In this document: in pieces, positions 11,351 to 21,123 of the stretch
How the letters are laid out: each line of letters begins with the position of its first letter
How positions within the stretch are numbered: the first letter of the stretch is position 1
Source: Capsulimonadaceae bacterium
GTDB taxonomy: Bacteria; Armatimonadota; Armatimonadia; Armatimonadales; Capsulimonadaceae
DNA: 64,000 nt
Reading direction: 5' to 3'
Assembly (NCBI GenBank): GCA_965215505.1
Contig: OZ244065.1
Span: 5,248,001 to 5,312,000, forward strand
Program-made: the position numbers and the translations under genes
The notes under the pieces: model-generated
The model's database searches: none
What the model was told of the DNA's origin: nothing
The model's input: only the letters and a program-made list of their open reading frames with translations

Positions 11351-11704
11351 ATGGCAACCAAACTCTACGTCGGCAATCTGAGCTATCAGACCAACGACCA
11401 GTCCCTGCACGATCTGTTCTCCGAAGCCGGCAGCGTCTCCAGCGCCCAGGTCGTCACCGACCGTGACACCGGCCAGTCTCGCGGCTTCGGCTTCGTCGAG
11501 ATGTCCACCGAGGCCGAGGCCCAGGCGGCCATCTCCGCCCTGAACGGCCGCAACGTGGACGGCCGCGCCCTGGCCGTCAACGAGTCCCGCCCGCGTGAAG
11601 GCGGCGGTGGCGGCGGCAGCCGTGGCGGCGGTGGTGGCTACGGCGGCGGTGGCCGCAGCGGCGGCGGTGGCGGCTACGGCGGCGGCGGCGGCAGCCGCTA
11701 CTAA
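11351..11704 (+). CDS. RNA-binding protein (RRM) with Gly-rich tail
   Basis: RNP2 LYVGNL, RNP1 RGFGFVEM, GGGGY tail; RBS AAAGGAG. Confidence 0.96.
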   Translation: MATKLYVGNLSYQTNDQSLHDLFSEAGSVSSAQVVTDRDTGQSRGFGFVEMSTEAEAQAAISALNGRNVDGRALAVNESRPREGGGGGGSRGGGGGYGGGGRSGGGGGYGGGGGSRY

Positions 11705-11715
11705 GATCGAACCAG

Positions 11716-11750
11716 GCGCGACCGGTCCCTTGCGGGCCGGTCGCGCTTCT
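11716..11750 (+). terminator. Probable intrinsic terminator
   Basis: GCGCGACCGGTCCC-ttgc-GGGCCGGTCGCGC followed by TTCTT. Confidence 0.6.
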
Positions 11751-11816
11751 TGGTCTGGCCCCCGCTTTGAACCGAGACGGCCTGCGCCGGGACGCAGGCA
11801 GAAACGCAGGGAAGGC

Positions 11817-12155
11817 ATGATGTCAAAAACCGTGATCCAAGATCTGACCAGCGGCTCCATGGAGGGCACCTTTGAAGAGGCCGTGACCTCCGTCCAGAAC
11901 TACGGCTTCTCGCAGTCTGTCTTTGAAGTGGAAAGGCTGGCCGACCCGAAGGCCGGACCCGCCGCAAAGTCCGAGGCCGGCGAAGTCCTGGTGCTGCGCC
12001 CGAGCGCGACCCAAGCCGGACACTCGCTGATGAAGCCCGGCGACCAGGTGCGCTGCCTGGGACTGCGGAAGACCGCCTCGGGCGGGCCGGGCCTGTATCG
12101 CATCCGCCGCATGGCGGAGGGACTGGGCCGGAAGACCATGACCGAACGAGTCTGA
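11817..12155 (+). CDS. Hypothetical protein (possibly OB-fold-like)
   Basis: Start reassigned to ATG 11817/11820 after GGGAAGG; the upstream poly-Ala part of the tracked ORF is an alternate frame of the RRM tail. Confidence 0.6.
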   Translation: MMSKTVIQDLTSGSMEGTFEEAVTSVQNYGFSQSVFEVERLADPKAGPAAKSEAGEVLVLRPSATQAGHSLMKPGDQVRCLGLRKTASGGPGLYRIRRMAEGLGRKTMTERV

Positions 12156-12190
12156 GGGATTCCTCCGACCGTCCATAAGGGAGACAAGCA

Positions 12191-12304
12191 ATGGGTGACA
12201 AACGCAAGCCGCTGAAGAAGAAAAAAGACGCGCCCGCAGCCGCCAAGCCGGTGCCCATCGAGGCGAAGCCCGCAGCGGCAGGCCCGAAAAAAGACGCCAG
12301 ATAG
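12191..12304 (+). CDS. Small basic Lys/Ala/Pro-rich protein (37 aa)
   Basis: MGDKRKPLKKKKDAPAAAKPVPIEAKPAAAGPKKDAR*; strong RBS TAAGGGAG; below the ORF-track size cutoff. Confidence 0.6.
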   Translation: MGDKRKPLKKKKDAPAAAKPVPIEAKPAAAGPKKDAR

Positions 12305-12433
12305 CCGCGGCACAGATCAGGCCGCAGTCCCGCCGCCCGGCAGGGCCATGAGGCCCTGCCGATTTTTCGTCCCCGAACCGGCGGGAGCGGGTATAATAGC
12401 CCTCGAAACGCGCACCGCGCGCAGTGAGGCGCT

Positions 12434-13771
12434 ATGGCTGACAACCCGATATCCGATCCCAACCCCGTCCCTTCCGCTCCCGGCCCGACGCCCGAGTCGT
12501 CCTTCAACCTCGACGCCCGCCGCCCGACCGGGAGGCCCGTCTACGAGTCCACCCTGCTGCCGCCGCGCAAGCGGCGTCGCTTCTCGCCCTGGCTGATCGT
12601 CCCCGGCCTGCTCGTCATCCTCGTCGCCATCCTTTATTTCCTCATCTTCGGCCCCAAGCCGCGCCGCATCGTGGACACAGCAGGCACCATAGTCTACGCC
12701 TCGGACGCCGGCTCGCCCGGCGTCACCCACCTGTGGAGCGCCCCGGCGGGCGGCGGCGCGGGGCACCCCCTGACCTCCGGGTCCGGGGGCGACTCTGCGC
12801 CCGCCTTCTCCGCCGACGGCAGCCAGATCGTGTTCCTGTCGAACCGCACCGGCGGGCAGAACCAGGTCTGGCTGATGGACGGCGACGGCAAGAACCCCAT
12901 CGCGGTGACGCGCGAGGGCGGTGCCAAAGCGGAGCCTGCCTTCGCTCCGGGCAGCAACTCCCTGCTCGGCTATCTGTCCGGCGCGTCCCTCGCCGTCCTC
13001 AACATCGGCAAGGGCGGTGCCTCCATCCTCCTGCCCGCCCCGGCCGGGCAGGCCGCCCGCCCCGATGCCACCGATTCCACGGACACCCGCCCGGTCCAGG
13101 CGTCGGACTCCACCGTGACGGCCTTCGCCTGGCAGCCGTCCGCCTCCGACCCGCTGAACCCCGGCCTCGCCGCCGTCCTGGACGTCGGGGGCATCCAGAC
13201 CCTGGCCGTCCTGCCGACCCTCGACGCCGCCCCGCGCCTGACCCAGAACGACAAGCCCGACGGCCCGCCGCTGGCCGCCGCCGACGGCCTCGCCCCCGCA
13301 TGGGCACCCGACGGGTCCAAGATGGCCGTCGCGCTGCTCCACGTCCAGGGGCTGGCCGGCGGGAAGAAAGCTTCCGGCCTGATCCAGTTCGACGCGCGCG
13401 GGACGGGGCAGGCGCCCCTCATCCCGATTATCCGGGACCCCGCGGTCGGCCCGCTCAACCCGGTCTATTCGCCGGACGGTGGCCTCATCGCCTTTGAAGT
13501 GTGGCGGCAGGCGGACCTCGCCAGCCGCACCCGCCTGGGGCTGTACATCATCCCCGCCGGGGGCGGCACGCCCAAGCTGATCGCCCCCGGCGATGCCGGG
13601 GCGGCCCAGTTCTCGCGCGACGGGCGTCAGATCTTTTTCCTCCGGCGGCGGGCCGACGGCGGGCACGACCTGTTCCAGGAGGGAGTAGACGGGACCGGCC
13701 CGGCTCGCCTCTCCGACGGCCGCTCCGACGTCACCGGCTTCGCCCTGTCCCCCCAGGCGGCCAAGCCTTGA
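12434..13771 (+). CDS. TolB-like PD40 beta-propeller protein, membrane anchored
   Basis: Repeated PAFSADG/PAWAPDG/PVYSPDG/FSRDG motifs after a TM helix. Confidence 0.85.
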   Translation: MADNPISDPNPVPSAPGPTPESSFNLDARRPTGRPVYESTLLPPRKRRRFSPWLIVPGLLVILVAILYFLIFGPKPRRIVDTAGTIVYASDAGSPGVTHLWSAPAGGGAGHPLTSGSGGDSAPAFSADGSQIVFLSNRTGGQNQVWLMDGDGKNPIAVTREGGAKAEPAFAPGSNSLLGYLSGASLAVLNIGKGGASILLPAPAGQAARPDATDSTDTRPVQASDSTVTAFAWQPSASDPLNPGLAAVLDVGGIQTLAVLPTLDAAPRLTQNDKPDGPPLAAADGLAPAWAPDGSKMAVALLHVQGLAGGKKASGLIQFDARGTGQAPLIPIIRDPAVGPLNPVYSPDGGLIAFEVWRQADLASRTRLGLYIIPAGGGTPKLIAPGDAGAAQFSRDGRQIFFLRRRADGGHDLFQEGVDGTGPARLSDGRSDVTGFALSPQAAKP

Positions 13772-13843
13772 AGAAGCTTTCCAGGCCGATCAAAGCCGCC
13801 CGGCCCGGCCCCCCTGCAACCGGCCTTCCTGCGACTGGAGTTC

Positions 13844-13872
13844 TTGCAAAGGGCGAACGCCTGTGGTATACT
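13844..13872 (+). promoter_or_regulatory. Sigma70-type promoter for the small gene and fliA
   Basis: TTGCAA-17 nt-TATACT with extended TG. Confidence 0.65.
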
Positions 13873-13931
13873 GGGGGACATTTAGAAAGTGACCAAGGCG
13901 CTTTCCCGCAGCCGGCCCCTGTTCCGCGCCG

Positions 13932-14249
13932 ATGAACCAATTTCTGGAACACCTGCCCTGGCGCGTGGCGTCCCTCGCTGGGCTGATGGTGGGCGCAATC
14001 AGCCTGGCCACCGGCGCGGACATCTGGGCGTGCCTGCTGCGCGTCGGGGCCGCCTTCTTTTTGTTCGGCGTGGTCGGCCTGGGCCTGCGCGCCGTGCTGC
14101 GGCAGAGCGCCGCCGTCACGCCGCCACCGCACGTCCCCGGCCCGCGCGGGGCGGACCACCGGGGCCAGCGCTTCGACCAAACGACGCCCGCCGACGAGGC
14201 TGGCCCGAATGCGCCCGCCGCCCCGAATGCTAATGACGTGAATAAGTGA
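13932..14249 (+). CDS. Small two-TM hypothetical protein
   Basis: Two hydrophobic helices; ends 13 nt before fliA. Confidence 0.7.
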   Translation: MNQFLEHLPWRVASLAGLMVGAISLATGADIWACLLRVGAAFFLFGVVGLGLRAVLRQSAAVTPPPHVPGPRGADHRGQRFDQTTPADEAGPNAPAAPNANDVNK

Positions 14250-14262
14250 TGTGAAGTAATCT

Positions 14263-15051
14263 ATGACAACCGCAGCCACCGTCAACCTCCCGGACCTCTG
14301 GAAACGCTTCAAGCAGCGCAAGGACCAGAAGGCGCGCGATCAGATCATCAACCACTACGCCTACCTCGTGAAGATCACCGCGGGCCGCGTCGTGACCAGC
14401 CTGCCGCCGAACCTGGAGCGCGACGACCTGGTCAGCGCGGGCGTCATGGGCCTCATCAAAGCCGTGGACCAGTTCGACGTCACCCGCCAGGTCAAATTCG
14501 AGACCTATGCCATCGCCCTGATCCGCGGTGCCATCCTGGAAATGCTGCGCGAGGAAGACTGGGTCCCCCGCTCGGTCCGCGACAACGTCAAGGCCCTGGA
14601 ACGCACCTATTACCAGCTCGAAGTCAAGCTGGGCCGGCCCGCCACCGAGGAGGAAGTCGCGACCGAGATGGGGCTGACCGAGGCCGAGCTGCTGAAGCTC
14701 CTGGTCAACACCAGTCGCGCCAACATCCTCTCCCTCGACGACACCCTTAATATCGGCGGCAGCGACGGCGAATCCCTGACCCGGCGCGACGCCCTCCAGG
14801 ATGAGAACGCCAACGTCGCCGCCGACGTCGAGGCCGCCGCCATGAAGACCTCGCTCGCCGCCGGCATCGACCGCCTCCCCGACCGCGAGCGGCTGGTCAT
14901 CTCCCTCTACTACTACGAGGGCCTGACCTTCAAGGAGATCGGCAAAGTCCTCACCGTCTCCGAATCCCGCGTCTACCAGCTCCACACCCAGGCCGTCCTG
15001 CGGATGCGCGGCTACCTCCAGCGCGACACCCCGCTGTTCCAGAAGAACTAG
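14263..15051 (+). CDS. fliA: FliA/WhiG family RNA polymerase sigma factor (sigma-28)
   Basis: DDLVSAGVMGLIKAV, FETYA...IRGAIL..LR..DWVPRSVR, LTFKEIG.VL.VSESRVYQLH. Confidence 0.95.
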   Translation: MTTAATVNLPDLWKRFKQRKDQKARDQIINHYAYLVKITAGRVVTSLPPNLERDDLVSAGVMGLIKAVDQFDVTRQVKFETYAIALIRGAILEMLREEDWVPRSVRDNVKALERTYYQLEVKLGRPATEEEVATEMGLTEAELLKLLVNTSRANILSLDDTLNIGGSDGESLTRRDALQDENANVAADVEAAAMKTSLAAGIDRLPDRERLVISLYYYEGLTFKEIGKVLTVSESRVYQLHTQAVLRMRGYLQRDTPLFQKN

Positions 15052-15154
15052 GCTCTCGCTTCTAGCCACGGTTTGCTATATTCGCCCTAGAATCAATGAC
15101 GCTGGGACTGTAAGGCATTACGATTGAGTTTCGCAAGAGGTTGGTAGCTGTATA

Positions 15155-16108
15155 ATGAAGCACAAGAACAAGTACGGCCTTAAACGTGACATTCCCAGCA
15201 GTGTCCGCAGGGAAATCAGGCAGCGTTGCGGCTTTGGGTGCGTAGTGTGCGGGATGGCGATCTACGAGTATCATCATTTTGATCCACCATATTGTGATGC
15301 AAAGCAGCATGACCATAATAAAATCATGCTGCTTTGTCCTGGTTGTCATACTCGTGCTACATCGGGTCTGTTATCAAATGATTTTCTTCTAAAGGCTAAC
15401 CAGAACCCGAAAGGCAAAGAACTAGGGTTTTCCTATTTCGGACTTGACATCGGGGAAAATCAGCCTCGTGTTAAGTTAGGCACACTCACGCTTTAATCTG
15501 TCAACAGCTTGATTGAGATTGGCTCTAGTCGTTTCTTCAACATACTTCCTCCTGAAGCACCTGGAGGCCCATTCCGTCTCACAGCATATTTTTTGAACAG
15601 ATATGGAAAATTAATTGCTCGTATCGAAGAAAATGAATGGCGTAGTATCGGCTCGAATTGGGATGTCGAGTTCACTGGCACTAAGATCACCGTTAGGGAA
15701 CAAAAAAGCGACATTGCCCTTGTGATTCGAGCGGATGCCCCACATGGCTTGATTGTTGAGAGAATGAATATGTGGTTTCAAGGAATGAATCTATCCATAG
15801 AAGATAATGGCGATTTCGTCATCAAAGGCCCAATGTGTGCGGGTGGTCTACAGAAACGTTTGTGCCTCCACAATGTGACCATCGAGAACGTCAAAGTTGG
15901 CCTCAAAATGCCTCATGGAGGTTCCAGTTACTGGAGAAACTTCTCTAATGAAGACCAGAACTATGATTGGCAACTCTCAGGCGATGGAAAGGGCGGTCTC
16001 GATTTTCAGCACCAACCGGTGACTCCTGGTGCCGTTCTTCGGCGTAAGCCCTATATAAGTTCGACGGAACTCACTCCAGGAGCAACAATATTCATTAATG
16101 AAAAGTAG
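15155..16108 (+). pseudogene. HNH-endonuclease-domain gene split by an in-frame TAA at 15494-15496
   Basis: CVVCG...YHHFDP...LLCPGCH; the ORFs at 15155 and 15509 share one frame with a single stop between them; AT-rich. Confidence 0.7.
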
Positions 16109-16204
16109 TGAAGATGTGCAGGCAAAGTTCGGCCGATATTCGGTGAATAAAGAGAATAATGGGATTAAAATTCTGCTGGTAGAACCAACTGCGCTATCTC
16201 CTTA

Positions 16205-16417
16205 TGTAGTGGGTATGGCACCCTGGACAGCTTCACAATCGTCTGGAAAGCGTCTGAAACCTCTCGCGAGGCGCTGGGCTATGAAGCCACACGGGACTAC
16301 TACAAGCGGCTGCCGAACTTCGAGCAGCTTTACGAGGCCGGGCACATCACGACCCTGTTTGACATGGTAGTCGGCATATTCCGAGGCCACGCCAACATCG
16401 ACCTCAGACTAGAATAA
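16205..16417 (+). pseudogene. 5'-truncated barstar-like (RNase inhibitor family) remnant
   Basis: Hand translation with no start codon: SGYGTLDSFTIVWKASETSREALGYEATRDYY...TLFDMVVGIFRGHANIDLRLE*, resembling the C-terminal part of barstar-family proteins (recalled similarity). Confidence 0.5.
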
Positions 16418-16851
16418 GCTGAAGCGCTACGGGCGAAGTCTTCGCTCAGAAAGGGAGCCGGCCATGCCGTTCCCATCCAATGTGTCCCGGCCCTCGCCGC
16501 CGGCATGCCTCCCCTGCTCGCCGCCGCACTCCCCCGCCCACTCGCCCGCCGACCGGCAGGCCGCCGCTCCGCTATCCGTGTGAGATGGGCGGCAGCCGGG
16601 AACCGCCAGCACTTCCAGTGCCGATGCTTCCATTCCTGATTAGGCAGGATTACGCGGGCCGTCCGTGGAACATTCGCGATCATGAGATCTTCCACAGGCC
16701 TCGGCCTGTCCAGCCTCCCCGTGGGTGCGGCTCTAGCCCCCCGGCCACCGTCGCGGGCAGACGCCGCGCCCGGCCTGTCGCCCGCCGCTCCGACGTTGTT
16801 CAGCCATTGACCCGCCGCCCCGCGCGGCAGACACCCAGAAAGAGTACTACC

Positions 16852-18477
16852 ATGAACCAAGCCAAGACTTTCGGCGCGACAGCGAGCCTGCTGTGGCTCC
16901 TCACCGGTGCCGGACAGGCCCAGCAGACCCCGGCCGCCCCCGCCCCGCCGGCCGCGCCCGACTACACGGCGCGCATCCTGACGCCCCCCGCGCCCGCCAC
17001 GCCGCGCATCAACGGGGCCGGCGTCTACGGTGAGCGGCCCGGCAGCCCGTTCCTTTACACCATCCCCGCCACCGGAGTCCGCCCCATGACGTTCTCCGCC
17101 CGTGGCCTGCCCAAAAGGTTGACCCTCGACCCGCAGACCGGGATCATCAGCGGAGTCGCCGCCACCGCAGGCGAGTCCAGCGTCCGGCTGACGGCGCGCA
17201 ACTCGCTCGGCACTAGTACCAGGACTCTGAAAATCGTCATCGGCGACAAGATCGCACTGACGCCGCCCCTCGGCTGGAATAGCTGGAACTCCTGGGCCGG
17301 CTCGGTAGACCAGGACAAGGTCCTGCGCTCGGCCCGCGTGCTGGTTTCGTCGGGCCTGATCAACCACGGCTGGAACTACGTCAACATTGACGACACCTGG
17401 CAGGGCGAGCGCACCGGCCCCGGCCACGCGCTTCAGGCGAACGCAAAATTCCCCGACATGAAGGGCCTGTGCGATCAGCTGCACGGCATGGGGCTGAAAG
17501 CCGGCATCTACTCGACTCCCTGGGTCACTTCCTACGCCGGCTATCCCGGCGGCTCCAGCGATGACCCGGCGGGGGCGTGGACGAAGGCGCAGGCCAATGA
17601 CCAGAACCACCACATCGCGCAGTACCGCTTCGACGAGGCCGACGCCAAACAGTGGGCCGCTTGGGGCTTCGACTACCTTAAGTACGACTGGAACCCCAAT
17701 GACACGGACAGCACCGCACGGATGGAGCAGGCCCTGCAAAAGAGCGGGCGCGACATCCCGTTGAGCCTTTCCAACTCCGCCCCGTTTGAACACGCCACGG
17801 ACTGGACCCGGCTCGCGAACGCCTGGCGCACCACGGGCGACATCGCCGACAGTTGGGGCCGCCCCCGCACCCGCTGGCAGCAGGGCATGGGGCAGATCGC
17901 CTTCTCCCAGGACCGCTGGGCACCCTTCTCCGGCCCCGGCCACTGGAACGACCCGGACATGCTCGTCCTGGGCACCGTCAGCCTGGCACAGCCGATGCAC
18001 CAGACCCACCTGACGGCGGACGAGCAGTACACGCACATCACGATGTGGAGCCTGCTCTCGGCCCCCATGCTCATCGGCTGCGACCTGGAAAAGCTCGACC
18101 CGTTCACCCTCAGCCTGCTCACGAACGATGAAGTCCTCGCCATAGACCAGGACGCGCTCGGCAAAGGGGCGGTCAAAGTCTCCGGGCCTGCCTTCACCGT
18201 CCCGCCGTATGGCGCTCCCCCCCAGGACAACCCCGGCGGCAACGCCATGGTCTATTCTAAGCCGCTGGAAGACGGCACCCTGGCCGTCGGCCTGTTCAAC
18301 GTCGGCCCCCAGGAGATGACCGTCACCGTCGGCTTCGCCGACCTGAAGCTGACCGGCCGCCAGCGCGTGCGCGACCTGTGGCGTCAGAAGGACCTCGGGG
18401 ACTTCCAGGGCAGCTACAGCGCCGCCGTGCCGTCGCACGGCACGGTGCTGGTCAAGATCGGCACCCCGCGCCGCTAG
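16852..18477 (+). CDS. Secreted alpha-galactosidase (GH27) with Ig-like domain
   Basis: Signal peptide; LTPPLGWNSWN, YVNIDDTWQ, FDYLKYDW, WRTTGDI, WNDPDML motifs. Confidence 0.93.
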   Translation: MNQAKTFGATASLLWLLTGAGQAQQTPAAPAPPAAPDYTARILTPPAPATPRINGAGVYGERPGSPFLYTIPATGVRPMTFSARGLPKRLTLDPQTGIISGVAATAGESSVRLTARNSLGTSTRTLKIVIGDKIALTPPLGWNSWNSWAGSVDQDKVLRSARVLVSSGLINHGWNYVNIDDTWQGERTGPGHALQANAKFPDMKGLCDQLHGMGLKAGIYSTPWVTSYAGYPGGSSDDPAGAWTKAQANDQNHHIAQYRFDEADAKQWAAWGFDYLKYDWNPNDTDSTARMEQALQKSGRDIPLSLSNSAPFEHATDWTRLANAWRTTGDIADSWGRPRTRWQQGMGQIAFSQDRWAPFSGPGHWNDPDMLVLGTVSLAQPMHQTHLTADEQYTHITMWSLLSAPMLIGCDLEKLDPFTLSLLTNDEVLAIDQDALGKGAVKVSGPAFTVPPYGAPPQDNPGGNAMVYSKPLEDGTLAVGLFNVGPQEMTVTVGFADLKLTGRQRVRDLWRQKDLGDFQGSYSAAVPSHGTVLVKIGTPRR

Positions 18478-18495
18478 AGCGGGAAGGGGTACTGC

Positions 18496-18825
18496 ATGTC
18501 CCATCACATGACCATCGCCGAAGCACTGGAGCAGGCGGGGCGGAAACTGGAAGAGCGGTACGGGAATGGCCCGATCCCTGTCACGGAGTTGCGGCAAGAG
18601 GCGGCAAGACTGGGTGGGCATCAAGAGGAGAGCATCCTCCCCTCTGACTTCTGCTATAACCGGACCAACCTAGGCATTTCACCCGCCGTTAAGCCTCTCT
18701 TCATTCAAGAGGGCCGGGGCCACTACCGGTACGTCGGCGCAAATCACCCCTACAGCGGGCCGGTCTTTCATAAAGCAAAGGGGCAGGCAGAGCGCCAGGT
18801 GGGGGATCGGAATCTAGACCGCTAG
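18496..18825 (+). CDS. Hypothetical protein (PSDxCYNRxN motif family), possibly C-terminally truncated
   Basis: PSDFCYNRTN...GHYRYVG.NHPYSG motif; stop overlaps the convergent ketosynthase stop. Confidence 0.6.
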   Translation: MSHHMTIAEALEQAGRKLEERYGNGPIPVTELRQEAARLGGHQEESILPSDFCYNRTNLGISPAVKPLFIQEGRGHYRYVGANHPYSGPVFHKAKGQAERQVGDRNLDR

Positions 18826-20069
18826 ACCCGCCCGAACACGAGGCAGGCGTTGATGCCGCCGAAGCCGAAGGAGTTGGACAGGATGTAATCCACGCGCTTC
18901 GTGCGGCCCTCGCGCTCCCGAATATAGTCCAGGTCGCAGGCCGGGTCAGGCTCCGAGAGGTTCAGCGTCGGCGGCAGCCAGTCGTCGCGCAGGCAGAGCA
19001 GCGAGATCGCCGCCTCCCAGGCCCCCGTCGCGCCCAGGGCGTGGCCGTGAAAGCCTTTGGTGCCGCTGATGGGGAGGGAGTAGGCCGATTCGCCGAATAC
19101 CTGCTTCAAAGCCAGCGTTTCGGTGCTGTCGTTGAGCGACGTGCTGGACCCGTGCGCGTTGACATAACCGACCTCGCCTGGCGTGACGTGCGCCCGCTCC
19201 AGGGCCAGTGCCATGCAGCGCGCGGCCTGTGCTCCATCCGCCCGTGGCTGGGTCATGTGGTAGGCGTCATTGGTGAAGGCGTGAGACAGGATTTCACCGT
19301 AAACCCGTGCCCCGCGCGCCTGGGCGTGGTCCATCTCTTCCAAAACCAGCATGGCCGCGCCCTCCGCCATGACGAACCCGTCGCGGTCCTTGTCGAAGGG
19401 GCGAGAAGCCGTCTGCGGATCGTCGTTGCGCTGGCTCATGGCCCGGATGATGGCGAACGCACCGTAGCAGAGCGGAGACAACGGCGCTTCGGAACCGCCC
19501 GCCAGCATCAGGTCGGCGCTGCCGTCCCGGATCAAATCCACGGCCCGCCCGATGGCGATGGGCGAGGCGGCGCACGAGTCGCCGTTGGCCGTCGCCGGGC
19601 CGGTGACGCCCAACTCGATGGCGACGTTGCACGACCCCGCCCCGTTGAAGACGCTCAGAGCCAGCATCGGGTTGACCCCGCGCGGCCCGTGCGCCAGGAA
19701 GGCCGGGTACTGCTCCTCGGCAAACCCGACGCCCCCCAGGGCGGTGCCCAGGCAGACGCCCACGCGGTCGCGGTCCTCGATACGGAGGTCCAGCCCCGCG
19801 TCCGCGACTGCCATTTTTGAGGCGGCGACGGCGAACTGCGAGAACTTGTCCAGCCGCTTCAGCTTCTTACCGTCTAAGTAAGGCGTAGGATCAAAGCCCT
19901 TTACCTGTGCGGCGATGTGGGTGACGAACGGGGACGTGTCGAAGTGAGTCACCGTGCCCACGGCGGATCGGCCCGCCCGCAGGCCCGCCCGCAGCCCGTC
20001 CACGCCCACGCCGATGGGCGTGATGATGCCCAGCCCTGTCACTACTACACGCCGTGTCATTTTGCTCAT
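18822..20069 (-). CDS. Beta-ketoacyl-ACP synthase II-like ketosynthase (FabF family)
   Basis: RRVVVTGLG, Cys-His-His triad (DSCAAS, NAHGSST, GHALGA), SNSFGFGG. Confidence 0.93.
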   Translation of the reverse strand: MSKMTRRVVVTGLGIITPIGVGVDGLRAGLRAGRSAVGTVTHFDTSPFVTHIAAQVKGFDPTPYLDGKKLKRLDKFSQFAVAASKMAVADAGLDLRIEDRDRVGVCLGTALGGVGFAEEQYPAFLAHGPRGVNPMLALSVFNGAGSCNVAIELGVTGPATANGDSCAASPIAIGRAVDLIRDGSADLMLAGGSEAPLSPLCYGAFAIIRAMSQRNDDPQTASRPFDKDRDGFVMAEGAAMLVLEEMDHAQARGARVYGEILSHAFTNDAYHMTQPRADGAQAARCMALALERAHVTPGEVGYVNAHGSSTSLNDSTETLALKQVFGESAYSLPISGTKGFHGHALGATGAWEAAISLLCLRDDWLPPTLNLSEPDPACDLDYIREREGRTKRVDYILSNSFGFGGINACLVFGRV

Positions 20070-20085
20070 AACCTCATCTTATCCG

Positions 20086-21123
20086 CTAGGCTGGGCGATC
20101 CGGGACCGGGCAATCTGCCAGGCTATCAAGCAACATGCTCGCACAAGCCTCATACCAGTGGCTGGGAACGATGCCCCGGTCTGAGGCATACATGCCCGCG
20201 TGATTAATAGCGTCGCCGGGCGCCTGCAAGTTGTTGCCGGATATCTGAATCGCAATCGTTCCCGCAGGCAGGGGAGTCACGATCTTCTCCTCGACATAAG
20301 CGGATCGAGCCGCACAGGCGGCCGCAAGAAGGCAGTAGCGCTCCGAGGCCGGCAGGTCGTTAACAGGCTTGCCGTCGTCGCCGTGTCGCCGACCGCTCTT
20401 AACAGTGTCTTCCGCATGGGTGTAAAAAGCAGACCATTCCTGCGGTTCGGCCTTGCCGCCCGCCGACCAACGCCGATACAGGGCCAGAACGTCTCGTACT
20501 GCCTTCAAGGCCGTGTCGCTCTCGTTGACCTGTGCGCCCGCATTTTCACGACCGGCGTTCTGAGTGGCAGCGCCTCCCGCCGCATCATTCCGGCCCAGTA
20601 TGCCGTGGGTGGGGTCGGACAGCGCCCACAAAACCAGCCACATCGGTGCCTGCCATAGACTTGCGCCGACCGGAACCGCCGCCCAGAATTGTTTCAGCCA
20701 GGGAATCTGCCGCTCCGGCGTCAAGCCTTTGGAAACTGCTCTGAGAACGCTCACCAAGGTAGGCGGAACCCCCAGCAGAGTGTTGAAGGCATTATCAACG
20801 GAATAACCGGCGACATAAATGCGTTGTTCAGAACCGCCATCAAGCAACAAGAGCAGACGCTGATCAACGGCACCCAGTGCGTACAAGGTGGACACGTCTC
20901 CGCTGATACATATCTCAGCGATGTCCTTCATTCGCACGATTTTTGGGTAAGGATTCAGGACGGTCCCGTGCTGCGCTCGCCTGTTCCACAGTTCTTGGAG
21001 CAGCATCGTCTTCAGCCCGGCGTCGCCCTGAGCCTCATACCACTGCATGCGCTCGAGTACTCTAACCTTCATTTCTGCATCGCCATGGAAGGCTATCATC
21101 CCTGAGTCATCAGGCAACATCAT
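20086..21123 (-). CDS. Hypothetical protein, lower GC
   Basis: 345-aa ORF; start overlaps the frameshift-corrected cyclase stop (ATGA). Confidence 0.7.
   Translation of the reverse strand: MMLPDDSGMIAFHGDAEMKVRVLERMQWYEAQGDAGLKTMLLQELWNRRAQHGTVLNPYPKIVRMKDIAEICISGDVSTLYALGAVDQRLLLLLDGGSEQRIYVAGYSVDNAFNTLLGVPPTLVSVLRAVSKGLTPERQIPWLKQFWAAVPVGASLWQAPMWLVLWALSDPTHGILGRNDAAGGAATQNAGRENAGAQVNESDTALKAVRDVLALYRRWSAGGKAEPQEWSAFYTHAEDTVKSGRRHGDDGKPVNDLPASERYCLLAAACAARSAYVEEKIVTPLPAGTIAIQISGNNLQAPGDAINHAGMYASDRGIVPSHWYEACASMLLDSLADCPVPDRPA

Noticed and set aside
11240-11869. Poly-Ala ORFs here and at 56596-57256
   Set aside because: Alternate frames of the GGC-rich Gly tails of the RRM genes
16098-16850. 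Short ORFs 16098-16370, 16202-16390, 16427-16633 and the 5' extension of the GH27 ORF
   Set aside because: No motifs; the region is better explained as gene remnants and the leader of the galactosidase
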